Positions 1 through 8,919 of a stretch of 31,318 nt of DNA are shown in pieces. Made by a program: the position numbers and the translations under genes. This DNA is from Pseudomonadota bacterium (GTDB lineage Bacteria > Bdellovibrionota_F > JAHFAK01 > JBDREC01), in contig JBDREC010000019.1 of the NCBI GenBank assembly GCA_043820105.1, positions 62,001 to 93,318 of the forward strand, read 5' to 3'. Under the pieces are notes generated by a model, which saw only the letters and a list, made by a program, of their open reading frames with translations, was not told the origin of the DNA and searched no databases. Position 1 is the stretch's first letter, and every line of letters begins with the position of its first letter.

Positions 1-761
1 TTTGAAAGCACGTTAAACTGTAGCCTGGTTCCTGCCATAAAGCGATCAACGTCTTGATAATCATCAAGTGTCGCTAAAAAATAATTTAAATGAAGCCATT
101 TATAATGCAGGTTAAAATTAAACTGATTAAGAGGCAAAGCATTATCTGACAATAAAAGATTATCGTTTTTTGCTTGCCCCCAAACTAAAAAATCTCTTCC
201 AAATTTAAAATCTGTATGTTTTCTTCCATAATTAATATAAGCTTCCTGAGCATACATTCCCAAACCCCAGCGAGTAGAACCATCATATGAAGGATCATCT
301 TGGACGTTTTGATCAAGCACAGCACTAGTTAATAAGGTCAAATTATTATTAAGATTAAATCGAAATTTGCCTTGAAGGTTTTCTCTGAAAAGAAATTCAT
401 TTCTATTTGCAAGATCTTCAAGTAACTTCACATCTGATACAGATCGCATTTTGAACTTAAGATCAGCAGATGCATATTTCTGTAATTGAGCGATTTCATA
501 AGAAAACTCACTTGCTAAACGTTCACAAGCCCATCTTTCCTGAGCAATCAATTCAGCACTGTTCATAGTGCAGGAATTTAAAATTTCTCTCGCAACATCA
601 ATTCTCTTGATAGGTCTAATAGCCAAATCAATTTCATTAAACAAATTACGATTTTTTAAATAAAAAATATCATCATAAGCCCAATGATAAGTTGGCAGTG
701 TTTCATAGCCTGAAAGAGAAATTGTACAAAACAATATTAAAACTATGATATATTTTTTCAT
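1..761 (-). CDS. wzi: Capsule assembly Wzi-family outer-membrane protein, partial (runs off the left edge; missing from the ORF track)
   Basis: Manual translation from ATG 761 (AGGAG RBS, ATGA overlap with the upstream stop): MKKYIIVLILFCTISLSGYETLPTYHWAYDDI... with a signal peptide. The frame is open to the window edge and contains FKFGRDFLVWGQAKNDNLLLSDNALP, matching the Wzi-type GRxxxxWG...LLLSxNAxP motif. Confidence 0.75.
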   Translation of the reverse strand, partial: MKKYIIVLILFCTISLSGYETLPTYHWAYDDIFYLKNRNLFNEIDLAIRPIKRIDVAREILNSCTMNSAELIAQERWACERLASEFSYEIAQLQKYASADLKFKMRSVSDVKLLEDLANRNEFLFRENLQGKFRFNLNNNLTLLTSAVLDQNVQDDPSYDGSTRWGLGMYAQEAYINYGRKHTDFKFGRDFLVWGQAKNDNLLLSDNALPLNQFNFNLHYKWLHLNYFLATLDDYQDVDRFMAGTRLQFNVLS

Positions 762-1858
762 TTATTCTCCTTGTTCCCTTGTCCCCTTGTAAACAAATAA
801 ACAAAAGATGTTCTAAAAGCAATAATTCCACCAATTATTGCAAAAATATATGAAATAAAAAATTGCCAAATGAAAATAATCAATGGCACAATTTGCTTTT
901 GAATATTTAACATGGCAATTAAAAAGAAGGATAAACCGCCTTCTACTACTCCACCACCTGCTGGCAAAGGAAAAACTATCATACAATTCACAAACAGAAA
1001 TTGCCAAAAATAAATAAGTGGTGAAAAATCCAAGCCTTGCATTTTATGAAGAATTAACATTAAAATTGAGAGTCTTGCAAGGCGAAAAATTATTGTGCAA
1101 ATACTTGTTAAGAAAATTTGATGAAGTTTAATTTGTTTCAGACTTCCAAGCTTTTTATAAATATCTGCAATAAATTCATCAATTTTTTCTTTTTCTAATC
1201 CAATATTTATAATAAATCTTTCTACCTTTTTTCTTTTTAGAAGTTTTTTAATTGGTAGTGATAAGACCAACAAATACACTATTGGTGCAAAGGAAAGACC
1301 AATTGATACAATTAAAGTTATTAGAAAAAAATAATAAGAAAACCCAGTCTCATTGCCTTGCTTTTCAAGAATGGAGAAAATATTAAAAAATAGTGGTGTA
1401 ATAAAAATTAGTAAAAGAAAAATAACATCGCCTATCATCTCAAAGGCTAAGATATAAAAAGCTTGTCCTGGCTTTAAGCCTTTCTTCAAAAAGCCAAAAA
1501 ACCTTGAAGGATCTCCAAGTACCCTGCCTGGGGATATTAGACAGAAAAAATCGCCAATTAGATTAATTTTAATTGCTGCCTTTAAAGACAAATTTCTGCC
1601 AGAGGCAATGCTTCCAAATTTTGATCTCATTGCTCTTGCAAAAATATCTAAAGAGGCTAATAAAAACAGCAAAATGATTGTGCTAAAACCTAAGCTTTCA
1701 AGTGCTAGAGTATAATCTGAAAGCTTGCCAGAAAAAAATAAAAAAATGAATACAAGCGATAATATAGGTAAAACTAAGGCAAAGAATAAAAACTTTTTAA
1801 ACTGTGAATATGTTATTTTCTTCAATTTCGGAACCTTTAATTTCAAATTCACCTTCAT
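758..1858 (-). CDS. Lysylphosphatidylglycerol synthase TM-domain / flippase-like membrane protein
   Basis: Multiple hydrophobic helices, with motifs NLIGDFFCLISPGRVLGDP and FPLPAGGGVVEGG typical of LPG_synthase_TM (MprF N-terminal-like). Start uncertain (1915, 1858 or TTG 1825) because of overlap with the upstream gene. Confidence 0.75.
   Translation of the reverse strand: MKVNLKLKVPKLKKITYSQFKKFLFFALVLPILSLVFIFLFFSGKLSDYTLALESLGFSTIILLFLLASLDIFARAMRSKFGSIASGRNLSLKAAIKINLIGDFFCLISPGRVLGDPSRFFGFLKKGLKPGQAFYILAFEMIGDVIFLLLIFITPLFFNIFSILEKQGNETGFSYYFFLITLIVSIGLSFAPIVYLLVLSLPIKKLLKRKKVERFIINIGLEKEKIDEFIADIYKKLGSLKQIKLHQIFLTSICTIIFRLARLSILMLILHKMQGLDFSPLIYFWQFLFVNCMIVFPLPAGGGVVEGGLSFFLIAMLNIQKQIVPLIIFIWQFFISYIFAIIGGIIAFRTSFVYLFTRGQGNKENK
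769..790 (-). repeat. Short 8-mer tandem repeat ACAAGGGG/ACAAGGGA/ACAAGG(AG)
   Basis: About three units. They encode the tail TRGQGNKE and run into the wzi RBS. The same unit occurs at 5438-5461. Confidence 0.45.
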
Positions 1859-3134
1859 TCTGAATTTGAACGATTCTTTCAGGTATGTAAGTCTTATCAA
1901 AAAATTCTCTATCATATGTAAATGATTTAGTGATCATTGACTGCTCAATGCTTCCTGTTTCAATATAATGGCTATATATCTTAACTAAATTTCTGTAAAT
2001 TGTAAGTGGATTATTATTTATTAAAACGTCCAGATAGGCATTAAATACAAGCCCTTCTTTGCAAATAGAGTCAGTATAAACTTCAAAAAACCTATTAGCA
2101 TATTCTTCTTCATCATCATGAGCGACTAAAACTCCATTTTTCATATCAACAATCTGGTCATGAACCCCGGCGTGATCATCTAAGGCCACAACAGGAACTT
2201 TCGAATATTTTGCTTCACAAACCACATTTCCAAAAGTTTCAGATAAAGATGAATAAAGAAAATATCCGGCTTCTTGTAAAAATCCAGGTACAGCATCATA
2301 ATCAATTTTTCCCAGAAAATGAATATTAGGACATTCTAAAGCTTCAGCTAATTTTTTGAGCTTATTTTCTATAGGACCATAACCACCAATAAAAAAATGA
2401 AGATCCTTATTTTTAGGCCAAATAAAACAAGCAAAAGATCTTATTAAAAACTCAACATTCTTGGTTTTGCACATTCGTGAAAGAGTAACAAGCCTATTTT
2501 GCTTTGGAACATCGAAAATATCATAAAGGTCACAACCCTTTGCAGTTTTGGAAAATCTCTCAAAATCCATCGGTCTAATCAATTTATGAACTCTGTCTTG
2601 ATTTATTTGAAAGAAATCTTGAGTAAGCGTTTTTTTCATACCCTCACTTAGCACGAATGAGCCTTCAATTTTATTACTTATGGCATTGTATATTTTAATC
2701 CCATAGTGCTTACAAAATCTTTTAATAAAATTATCTTTGGGAAACAGGATACTTGTATAAACATGCAAATTAGCAGTTAACACATTAAACATTGGCACTT
2801 TTGATCTTTTCTTTATCCAGGTCCCCAATAATAACAGCGTTGGATTCAGAGTTTCTGTGTGAATTATATCAACATCCCATTTCCTGGTCCAAAGTCCTGG
2901 AGCTAAAGGAGGAAGTGGAACACAATATTCTTTGTATCCAGGGATGGAAAATGAAGGTATTGGATAATGTTTTAAATTTGTTGTATCTTGAAATTGTTTT
3001 TTTCTTTTCTTAGAAGGAAAAATAACTGAAACGTCATGCCCATTTCGAGTTAAATAATCAATAAATTGTCCAGATTTAAAACTTGCACCATTAACTAAAG
3101 CCACATCATGGTCAATTATAAATAAGACTTTCAA
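1797..3134 (-). CDS. Glycosyltransferase family 4, resembling 1,2-diacylglycerol glucosyltransferases
   Basis: TTG start at 3134 after GAGGGAG. N-terminus KVLFIIDHDVALVNGA resembles the D...P.vNGV motif of DAG glucosyltransferases. Also has RMCKTKN and the GT4 EX7E motif ETFGNVVCE. Confidence 0.8.
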   Translation of the reverse strand: MKVLFIIDHDVALVNGASFKSGQFIDYLTRNGHDVSVIFPSKKRKKQFQDTTNLKHYPIPSFSIPGYKEYCVPLPPLAPGLWTRKWDVDIIHTETLNPTLLLLGTWIKKRSKVPMFNVLTANLHVYTSILFPKDNFIKRFCKHYGIKIYNAISNKIEGSFVLSEGMKKTLTQDFFQINQDRVHKLIRPMDFERFSKTAKGCDLYDIFDVPKQNRLVTLSRMCKTKNVEFLIRSFACFIWPKNKDLHFFIGGYGPIENKLKKLAEALECPNIHFLGKIDYDAVPGFLQEAGYFLYSSLSETFGNVVCEAKYSKVPVVALDDHAGVHDQIVDMKNGVLVAHDDEEEYANRFFEVYTDSICKEGLVFNAYLDVLINNNPLTIYRNLVKIYSHYIETGSIEQSMITKSFTYDREFFDKTYIPERIVQIQNEGEFEIKGSEIEENNIFTV

Positions 3135-3191
3135 TAGGTTCTCCCTCTTTATAGAAATTGACAAAAACGTGTTATTATTCAATTTAACAAA

Positions 3192-3252
3192 ACATGTCAA
3201 ATCATTAATGTGAACAAAAAAATTTGACATGTGGTGTTGATTTGAATATAAT
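3192..3252 (+). promoter_or_regulatory. Perfect sigma70 consensus promoter within a divergent promoter region
   Basis: TTGACA (3224-3229), 17 nt spacer, TATAAT (3247-3252). The 11-bp inverted repeat ACATGTCAAAT (3192-3202) / ATTTGACATGT (3222-3232) also places a TTGACA on the minus strand facing the GT4 gene. Confidence 0.8.
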
Positions 3253-3284
3253 TTATCACTTTTTAAAACATTTTGGAGTTTAAC

Positions 3285-4577
3285 ATGAATAAAAAAATGG
3301 CGATAGTTTTAGGACTTTTAGTCTTATTTGCCTTTGTTTTGACAATAGGCTTTACATCAAAACCAATGGGCTGCTCTTCAGGTTCAGAATCTGATGTATC
3401 AGGTGCAAACCAAGCAATGGAGCAGGCAGAAGATTCAGCCACAGATCAAATAGATCTGATTCAAAATGATGATTATAATGTATCTATAGCTTCAACTAAT
3501 TATTCAAATACAGGGGTGAATTTTAAGTTTGATGAGGCTTTACCTATAACATACACTGTAAGAATTGCTGTCACCTCAGATGATGGATTTAGCGAAACAG
3601 CACAGGACAATGTTCATGAGGGTGAAACAACAGGATCTGTTAGTTTCTCGCTTCCATATGGAGTATATACAATTACAGGTTATTTATATGAAGGAGAAGT
3701 AGCAGAGGAAGATAGCCCCACACCATATGCTCAAAGCAGCCCATTCACAGCAACAGTTGATTCATCTAGTGAAACTATTCAATTTGTATTCAATGAAATT
3801 TCCGGAGATAATCCTGAGATTTCTGTAAGTATGATCGCAGATGTTGAGACTGAAGGCGAAATCAATCAATATCCAGTAATAACCTTAGCTACAAATGATG
3901 ATGGATCTTATGCAATAAATTTAAGTTTGATTACTGTTGATTCTAATGATTATTTAAAGTTATCAATTGACAGGGGAAACCTAACAGTAGCAGATCCGGA
4001 AGAAGGAAATTTTTGTAATCAGGCGTCCAGAATTTCAACTGCAGTAGCATGCATAACAGGTGCTGGAGTGGAACTAGACCTTGCCAATGAAGACATTGAA
4101 TATTTTTGCTCTATAGCAGCTCATGGCGATGGGGATGGTGATACTTCAAGAAGATGCGATTACTGTGACCTTGATATATACATACCCTATGAAGTTCAAT
4201 ATGGAAGCCTAGCAGAATATCCATATCATCGAACTACTAATCTGGATAATATTTCATCCTGTACTGCGACAGTCACTGCTACCGATACACATGAAGCAAG
4301 CTCAGGTGTTGATATCACAATAACAATTCCAAGAAATATTGGGGATTTATTTGATTCCAGACATGAAGCAGACGCAGGAGATGGCGATGGCGATCATGAT
4401 GGTGGACATTATGGTGATGGCGATGGTGATGATGGTGGACACTACGGCGATGGTGATGGTGACTATGGTGATGGTGACGGTGACCATGGTGAATGGCGAC
4501 CAGGACGTGGTGATGGAGACGGGGATGCTGGCCGACCACACAGACCTACTTATGGCGACGGCGACGGAGATGCCTAG
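3285..4577 (+). CDS. Acidic secreted protein / probable lipoprotein with a C-terminal GDGDGD repeat tail; function unknown
   Basis: ATG 3285 after GGAG. Basic then hydrophobic signal peptide followed by KPMGC (possible lipobox). Beta-rich acidic body with several Cys. Six GDGDGD units in the tail and one internal. Confidence 0.8.
   Translation: MNKKMAIVLGLLVLFAFVLTIGFTSKPMGCSSGSESDVSGANQAMEQAEDSATDQIDLIQNDDYNVSIASTNYSNTGVNFKFDEALPITYTVRIAVTSDDGFSETAQDNVHEGETTGSVSFSLPYGVYTITGYLYEGEVAEEDSPTPYAQSSPFTATVDSSSETIQFVFNEISGDNPEISVSMIADVETEGEINQYPVITLATNDDGSYAINLSLITVDSNDYLKLSIDRGNLTVADPEEGNFCNQASRISTAVACITGAGVELDLANEDIEYFCSIAAHGDGDGDTSRRCDYCDLDIYIPYEVQYGSLAEYPYHRTTNLDNISSCTATVTATDTHEASSGVDITITIPRNIGDLFDSRHEADAGDGDGDHDGGHYGDGDGDDGGHYGDGDGDYGDGDGDHGEWRPGRGDGDGDAGRPHRPTYGDGDGDA
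4377..4571 (+). repeat. Coding low-complexity (GGN GAY)3 repeats
   Basis: Six blocks of three Gly-Asp codon pairs with synonymous variation, separated by short variable spacers. GC content is locally high. Confidence 0.85.
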
Positions 4578-4581
4578 AATC

Positions 4582-4902
4582 CTACCATTCAAAGAGCAAT
4601 TGAGCAGATTTCATTATTTCCAATAAAAAAACATCCTCATCAGAATTATCTTCTTTTGCAATTTTAAGATCAATTTTCTGATCTTCTGTATTCTTTTTTA
4701 TTTCAGCTATTATTTTATATTTTTCCTTTTTCATTTTTAACAAAGTTTCATTATTTGCAACTAAAAGTAAAAAATCAATATCCCCACCTTTTTTATTGTC
4801 ATCTACCCGGCTTCCAAATAAGTAAAATTTAGCTTTATTACCTGCTAAAAATTTCCCAATAATATTTACACAAGCATCTATAAATTCCTGCTTAATTCTC
4901 AT
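4582..4902 (-). CDS. Minimal nucleotidyltransferase (MNT) domain protein, putative antitoxin of a HEPN-MNT pair
   Basis: 106 aa, with YLFGSRVDDNKKGGDID (GS...DxD) and a downstream KID. Confidence 0.85.
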   Translation of the reverse strand: MRIKQEFIDACVNIIGKFLAGNKAKFYLFGSRVDDNKKGGDIDFLLLVANNETLLKMKKEKYKIIAEIKKNTEDQKIDLKIAKEDNSDEDVFLLEIMKSAQLLFEW

Positions 4903-5337
4903 CTAGTTTTCCAAATCCAGTTTTTTTAAGCTTAAAAGAAACTCACACTTTTGCCTAAGCTTTTCAAAGAAGCTTGTTAAATCACCTTATGTATACTCAT
5001 GTGCGCTAATATTACGCAACTCTCTTAATTCCATCCAGAGATCAGCATCTTCAACTAGCTCCAGCTTTTCTCCCATATTAACATAATCTCTTAAAGTACC
5101 ATCAAAACCGGGGTCCTCTACGAGAACCCTTGCTTTTAGATATTTCGTTAAAAAAAGATCAACAACTCTTGTAAACCTGCTTGAAAAACTCTCCCAGGTC
5201 TCAAGAGATTCTTCATCGAGATTTTTAACGTCTGCTGGTAATTTAACAACCTTATTATAACTATATTCCAAATGTTGAAGTGCCTTGCTAAGCATCCTTG
5301 CATAATCTTTTAACAGCAATTTTATATTCTTTTTCAT
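4903..5337 (-). pseudogene. HEPN / nucleotidyltransferase substrate-binding protein (HI0074-like) with a premature in-frame TAA at 4987-4989
   Basis: RNISAH (RxxxxH) motif. After HEYT-TAA the frame continues GDLTSFFEKLRQKCEFLLSLKKLDLEN-TAG, ending directly at the MNT ATG (4902). Confidence 0.8.
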
Positions 5338-5437
5338 ATGCTATTTTAAATACTTTCTTTAAATTTATTAATACTTGGATTAAATTATAAATAATCATTA
5401 ATAATATCAAGGATTATTCCGCTACTCTAATAAGAGC

Positions 5438-5477
5438 GCAAGGGAACAAGGGAACAAGATAAAATTGGTCCCTGTTC
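5438..5477 (-). repeat. 8-mer tandem repeat (ACAAGGGA) and imperfect hairpin just after the rmlB stop; possible terminator
   Basis: GCAAGGGA ACAAGGGA ACAAGATA at 5438-5461. On the minus strand GGGACCAA can pair with TTGTTCCC (one mismatch). Confidence 0.4.
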
Positions 5478-6576
5478 ATCTGTTACCATACATTTTTTCA
5501 TAATAGTTAAGATAATCCTTGCTCATAATATCCTGGATCCACTCTTCATTTGATAAATACCAATCAATAGTCTGGTTTATTCCCTTTTCAAAATCAAAGC
5601 TTGCTTTCCATGATAACTCATTTTCGATTTTACTTGAATCAATTGCATATCTCAAGTCATGCCCGGGTCTATCTTTGACATAAGTAATAAGGTCGAACAA
5701 CTTGCCTGCATTTTTCAGTTTATTCAATTCTCTTAGTTTAGGATATTTCTCTGCCCTAACATCACAAGCCAGTTTTTCAAGCAGAATTTTAACTAAATCT
5801 ATATTTTTTAATTCTACTGATGATCCTATATTATAAATTTCACCTGAGCTTCCTTCATGCATGACAGTATTAATCCCCTCACAATGATCATCAACATAGA
5901 TCCACTCACGAACATTGATTCCTTCACCATAAACAGGCAAAGATTTTAGGTTAATTGCATTATTAATCATCAAAGGAATTAATTTTTCAGGAAACTGGCG
6001 GGGCCCATAATTATTACAACATCTAGTTATAAGACATTCCATTTTGTGTGTTTCAATATAAGATCTTATTAATAAATCCGCGCTTGCTTTGCTGGCTGAA
6101 TAAGGTGAGTTTGGAGCAAGAGGTGTAGTTTCCAGGAATTTACCCTCACTACCCAAAGATCCATAAACTTCATCTGTTGAAACCTGAACAAATCTTTGAA
6201 CTGCATATTTTCGCGATAAATCTAAAAGCACCTGGGTGCCAATTATATTAGTTCTTAGAAAAGGCTCTGAACTAATTATCGATCTATCAACATGTGATTC
6301 TGCTGCGAAATTAACAACACTGTCAATTTTAAAAGCTTCAAATACAGGCTCAACTTCATCCCATTTTGCAATGTCAGCTTTTACAAAATAATATCTTTGC
6401 TTATCTGAAGTCTTGCCAAATTTTGCCTCAACATCATCCAGATTATGCAAATTCCCTGCATAAGTTAAGGCATCAACATTTATAATTATATATTCAGGAT
6501 ATTTTTTTAATAATAATTCAACGAAGGAGCTACCAATGAAACCTGCTCCGCCTGTTATAAGAACTGTTTTTTGCAT
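5476..6576 (-). CDS. rfbB: dTDP-glucose 4,6-dehydratase, copy 1
   Basis: Motifs ITGGAGFIGS, NFAAESHVDRS, STDEVYG, PYSASK and DRPGHDLRYAID. Confidence 0.96.
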   Translation of the reverse strand: MQKTVLITGGAGFIGSSFVELLLKKYPEYIIINVDALTYAGNLHNLDDVEAKFGKTSDKQRYYFVKADIAKWDEVEPVFEAFKIDSVVNFAAESHVDRSIISSEPFLRTNIIGTQVLLDLSRKYAVQRFVQVSTDEVYGSLGSEGKFLETTPLAPNSPYSASKASADLLIRSYIETHKMECLITRCCNNYGPRQFPEKLIPLMINNAINLKSLPVYGEGINVREWIYVDDHCEGINTVMHEGSSGEIYNIGSSVELKNIDLVKILLEKLACDVRAEKYPKLRELNKLKNAGKLFDLITYVKDRPGHDLRYAIDSSKIENELSWKASFDFEKGINQTIDWYLSNEEWIQDIMSKDYLNYYEKMYGNR

Positions 6577-6715
6577 AGACTTGATCCTTTTTTTGAATTC
6601 GATTTGAGCTAATTTACCTAATAGATCATTAAACTAAAGACAATAAAAAAATTTCCTTTATTATTATTTGAAGCCTTGCCAGTGAAAAACAAGAACTATA
6701 ATAAATGAACTGCCC

Positions 6716-6775
6716 TGTAGGGGAGGGGTTCATCCCCTCCCAGAGTTTTAGGAGGGGACAAGCCCCTCCACTACA
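6716..6775. repeat. GTAG-type REP doublet (REPIN-like inverted pair)
   Basis: TGTAGGGGAGGGGTTCATCCCCTCCC, a short spacer, then GGAGGGGACAAGCCCCTCCACTACA. Each unit is a GC-rich hairpin, and the two are inverted with GTAG/CTAC ends. Confidence 0.8.
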
Positions 6776-6972
6776 TTTCTTCTACACAATACCCTAAAAA
6801 GCTTGGCATCCTTCAGAAAGCATGGTTTTTTTGTACTTTCTGGAGTAAACATGAAAAAGAAAACACCTCAATCCTTTTTTATTCTTTTAAACATTGACAT
6901 TTATGGCGTTTTTAGCGATCATAATCGCAAAAAAGACCAAACTGCTATTAACAACCATTATTACGGAATGTT

Positions 6973-8226
6973 ATGGATTTCGAAATTATTAAAAACCAGA
7001 ACGAATGGTGGGAAAATGACTTATGGACAGAGAATGACCAGCACTTACTTTCCATTAAAGATAAGCCATATACTTATATCCGCCCTGAAATTGATACCAT
7101 TAAAAAATTAGACAATTCAATAAATATAATCAGAGGACCAAGACAAGTCGGAAAAACAACTTATTTAAAATTATTAATAAAAAAAATACTGCTTTTAAAG
7201 CTTTTAAAACCCCAGGATTTGATCTATCTGAGTTGTGAGACGATTGCAGACTATAAAGAGCTGGAATCCACCTTATTTCCATGGCTTAAAAAGAAAACAA
7301 ATATACCGGCTGTTCTTATGCTTGATGAAATTTCCTTTGTCAAAGAATGGCCAAGAACAATACTTTCATTTGCAAACCAGGGTCTTTTAAAAAATCAAAC
7401 CATATTTATTACAGGATCAAATGCAAGAGATCTAAAAGAAAGCACTGAAAGACTTCCTGGCCGAAGAAATAAAGGTAAAGACACCGTCCTGTACCCTTTT
7501 TCATTTAAAGAACTAGCAAGCCTTAAATGCTTTGAAACACTATCTTCAGAACAATTGTTTGAAACATATCTAAAAATTGGTGGTTTTCCCCATGCTGTTA
7601 AAGACTTTGTGGAATATGGCTTTGTTTCTGATGCTACTTATGATATTTATAAAAATTGGATTATTGGAGACGCGTCAAGATATGCTCTTTTAGAACCAAT
7701 CTTAAAACAAATATTATTCAGAGTTTTTGAAACTTTAAGCTCCAGGGTTAGCTTCGCAGGTTTAATAGAAAACACAAGTGTTAAAAGCCATGAGACTGCC
7801 TTTAATTACCTGGAACACATGGAAGATTCTTTTATTAGCAAAATCTTATATTGCTATGATATTAACAAAAACATCCCTAATCTATCAAAGGCAAAAAAAA
7901 TATATTTCATTGATCCACTGATATATTATATGGCATATTCCTGGAAAGCAGGAACCAGGAATATTTATAATTGGGTTGAAAACAAACTTATAGATCCAAT
8001 TTTTAAAGGCAAAATGTTTGAAGCTACAGTCATCTCAAATTTTATTAGAACTAATGATACCCTATATTTCTGGTATTCTACAAAAACTAAAAAAGAAGCA
8101 GACATCCTCATTCCAAATAAGCTTGATTATGATTTATATGAAATAAAGCTAAACAAAAAATTTAAAAGTTCTTTAATTGGTGATAAAAATGTTCAATTTA
8201 TTAACCCAGATATTTTCATGAAATAA
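6973..8226 (+). CDS. AAA+ ATPase (AAA_14 + DUF4143, COG1373-like) with a C-terminal PD-(D/E)xK-like domain
   Basis: Walker A GPRQVGKT, Walker B LMLDE, ITGS, YLKIGGFP, KKIYFID, and C-terminal EADIL...YEIK. Confidence 0.88.
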   Translation: MDFEIIKNQNEWWENDLWTENDQHLLSIKDKPYTYIRPEIDTIKKLDNSINIIRGPRQVGKTTYLKLLIKKILLLKLLKPQDLIYLSCETIADYKELESTLFPWLKKKTNIPAVLMLDEISFVKEWPRTILSFANQGLLKNQTIFITGSNARDLKESTERLPGRRNKGKDTVLYPFSFKELASLKCFETLSSEQLFETYLKIGGFPHAVKDFVEYGFVSDATYDIYKNWIIGDASRYALLEPILKQILFRVFETLSSRVSFAGLIENTSVKSHETAFNYLEHMEDSFISKILYCYDINKNIPNLSKAKKIYFIDPLIYYMAYSWKAGTRNIYNWVENKLIDPIFKGKMFEATVISNFIRTNDTLYFWYSTKTKKEADILIPNKLDYDLYEIKLNKKFKSSLIGDKNVQFINPDIFMK

Positions 8227-8255
8227 ATTCATCCTTTTTGAAAACACTATCTGGA

Positions 8256-8792
8256 TTATTCAATCTTTAGCCTGGAAACAACATCAAGAAAAAATTCTTT
8301 TGACCAAACCTTAACTGAATCTGGATCCTTGATAAACATTGATATATCACTTTTGGCTTTATCAAAATCTACTTTATTAATTTTTTCAATTAGTAATTTT
8401 TTTATAGAATCTTCACTCAGCTTCGCATTTTTACCAATATGCCCACTTTTTTTTGACCGAGATTCCAGATGACCTAAGCGCAGAGATGTTTTTCTTGCGA
8501 CAAACCACACAAAGTCATACCAATCGCGGCCCTTTACCCTTTCCTTCCATTCTCGAAATAAAACACAATGCATTTTTCCGGCGAAAAGATCCTCTATACT
8601 CATTGTTTTTACGGAAAATGGTATTGGTTGATATAAAAACTTAGTATCTTCATAAAAATTTTCAGGAGGATCAATATCTATTTCAAATTTAATTTTAATT
8701 TTACTGTTTCTATGAAATTTTTTTATTATTTGCTTTGGCACCTCAATGTTAATCATATTTTCAATGGTATCTGCTTTAATAAACGCAGACTT
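8256..8792 (-). pseudogene. 3' portion of an AbiEii/AbiGii-family nucleotidyltransferase toxin (type IV TA); N-terminal half missing
   Basis: Contains KIKFEIDIDPP, DLFAGKMHCVLFREWKERVKGRDWYD and SAFIKADT. The N-terminal GGT...RFSEDLDF catalytic motif is absent. The first ~21 aa of ORF 8256..8855 come from another gene read out of frame. Confidence 0.8.
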
Positions 8793-8919
8793 CAGCGATT
8801 GAGCCAAGTGAGATTTCGAAGAAGCGCTTTCTATCTTTAAGACTTGTTTTGCCATTACCCTCGGCTAAATTGCTGACTGATGAAACTGCTGCTCTTTTCA
8901 GTTGGTCTACAATTTCTAA
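8785..8919 (-). pseudogene. Central fragment of a four-helix-bundle protein (23S rRNA intervening-sequence protein family)
   Basis: Manual translation LEIVDQLKRAAVSSVSNLAEGNGKTSLKDRKRFFEISLGSIAEVC matches the DQL.RAA.S...N.AEG...F..I..GS..E signature. There is no start codon (in-frame TGA at 8926-8928). Confidence 0.85.

Noticed and set aside
4315..4626. Poly-His (4315..4539), Met/Val-rich (4339..4626) and Ile/Thr-rich (4347..4592) ORFs
   Set aside because: These are alternative-frame readings of the GGN-GAY repeats. Synonymous variation fits the Gly-Asp frame.
4987..4989. Stop-codon reassignment or programmed readthrough
   Set aside because: TAA, TAG and TGA all end conserved genes normally in this window. 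One isolated case is better explained by mutation or error.
6894..6929. TTGACA...CATAAT promoter and GCGAT-N4-ATCGC palindrome before the ATPase
   Set aside because: The 20-nt spacer is too long, and 5-bp arms can arise by chance.
6803..7111. 102-aa ORF, with GGAG before ATG 6851
   Set aside because: No recognisable family, and it overlaps the ATPase by about 140 bp. At most the stub of a lost gene.
8793..8855. N-terminus MAKQVLKIES... of the 199-aa ORF as a real AbiEii start
   Set aside because: It is the four-helix-bundle fragment read out of frame.
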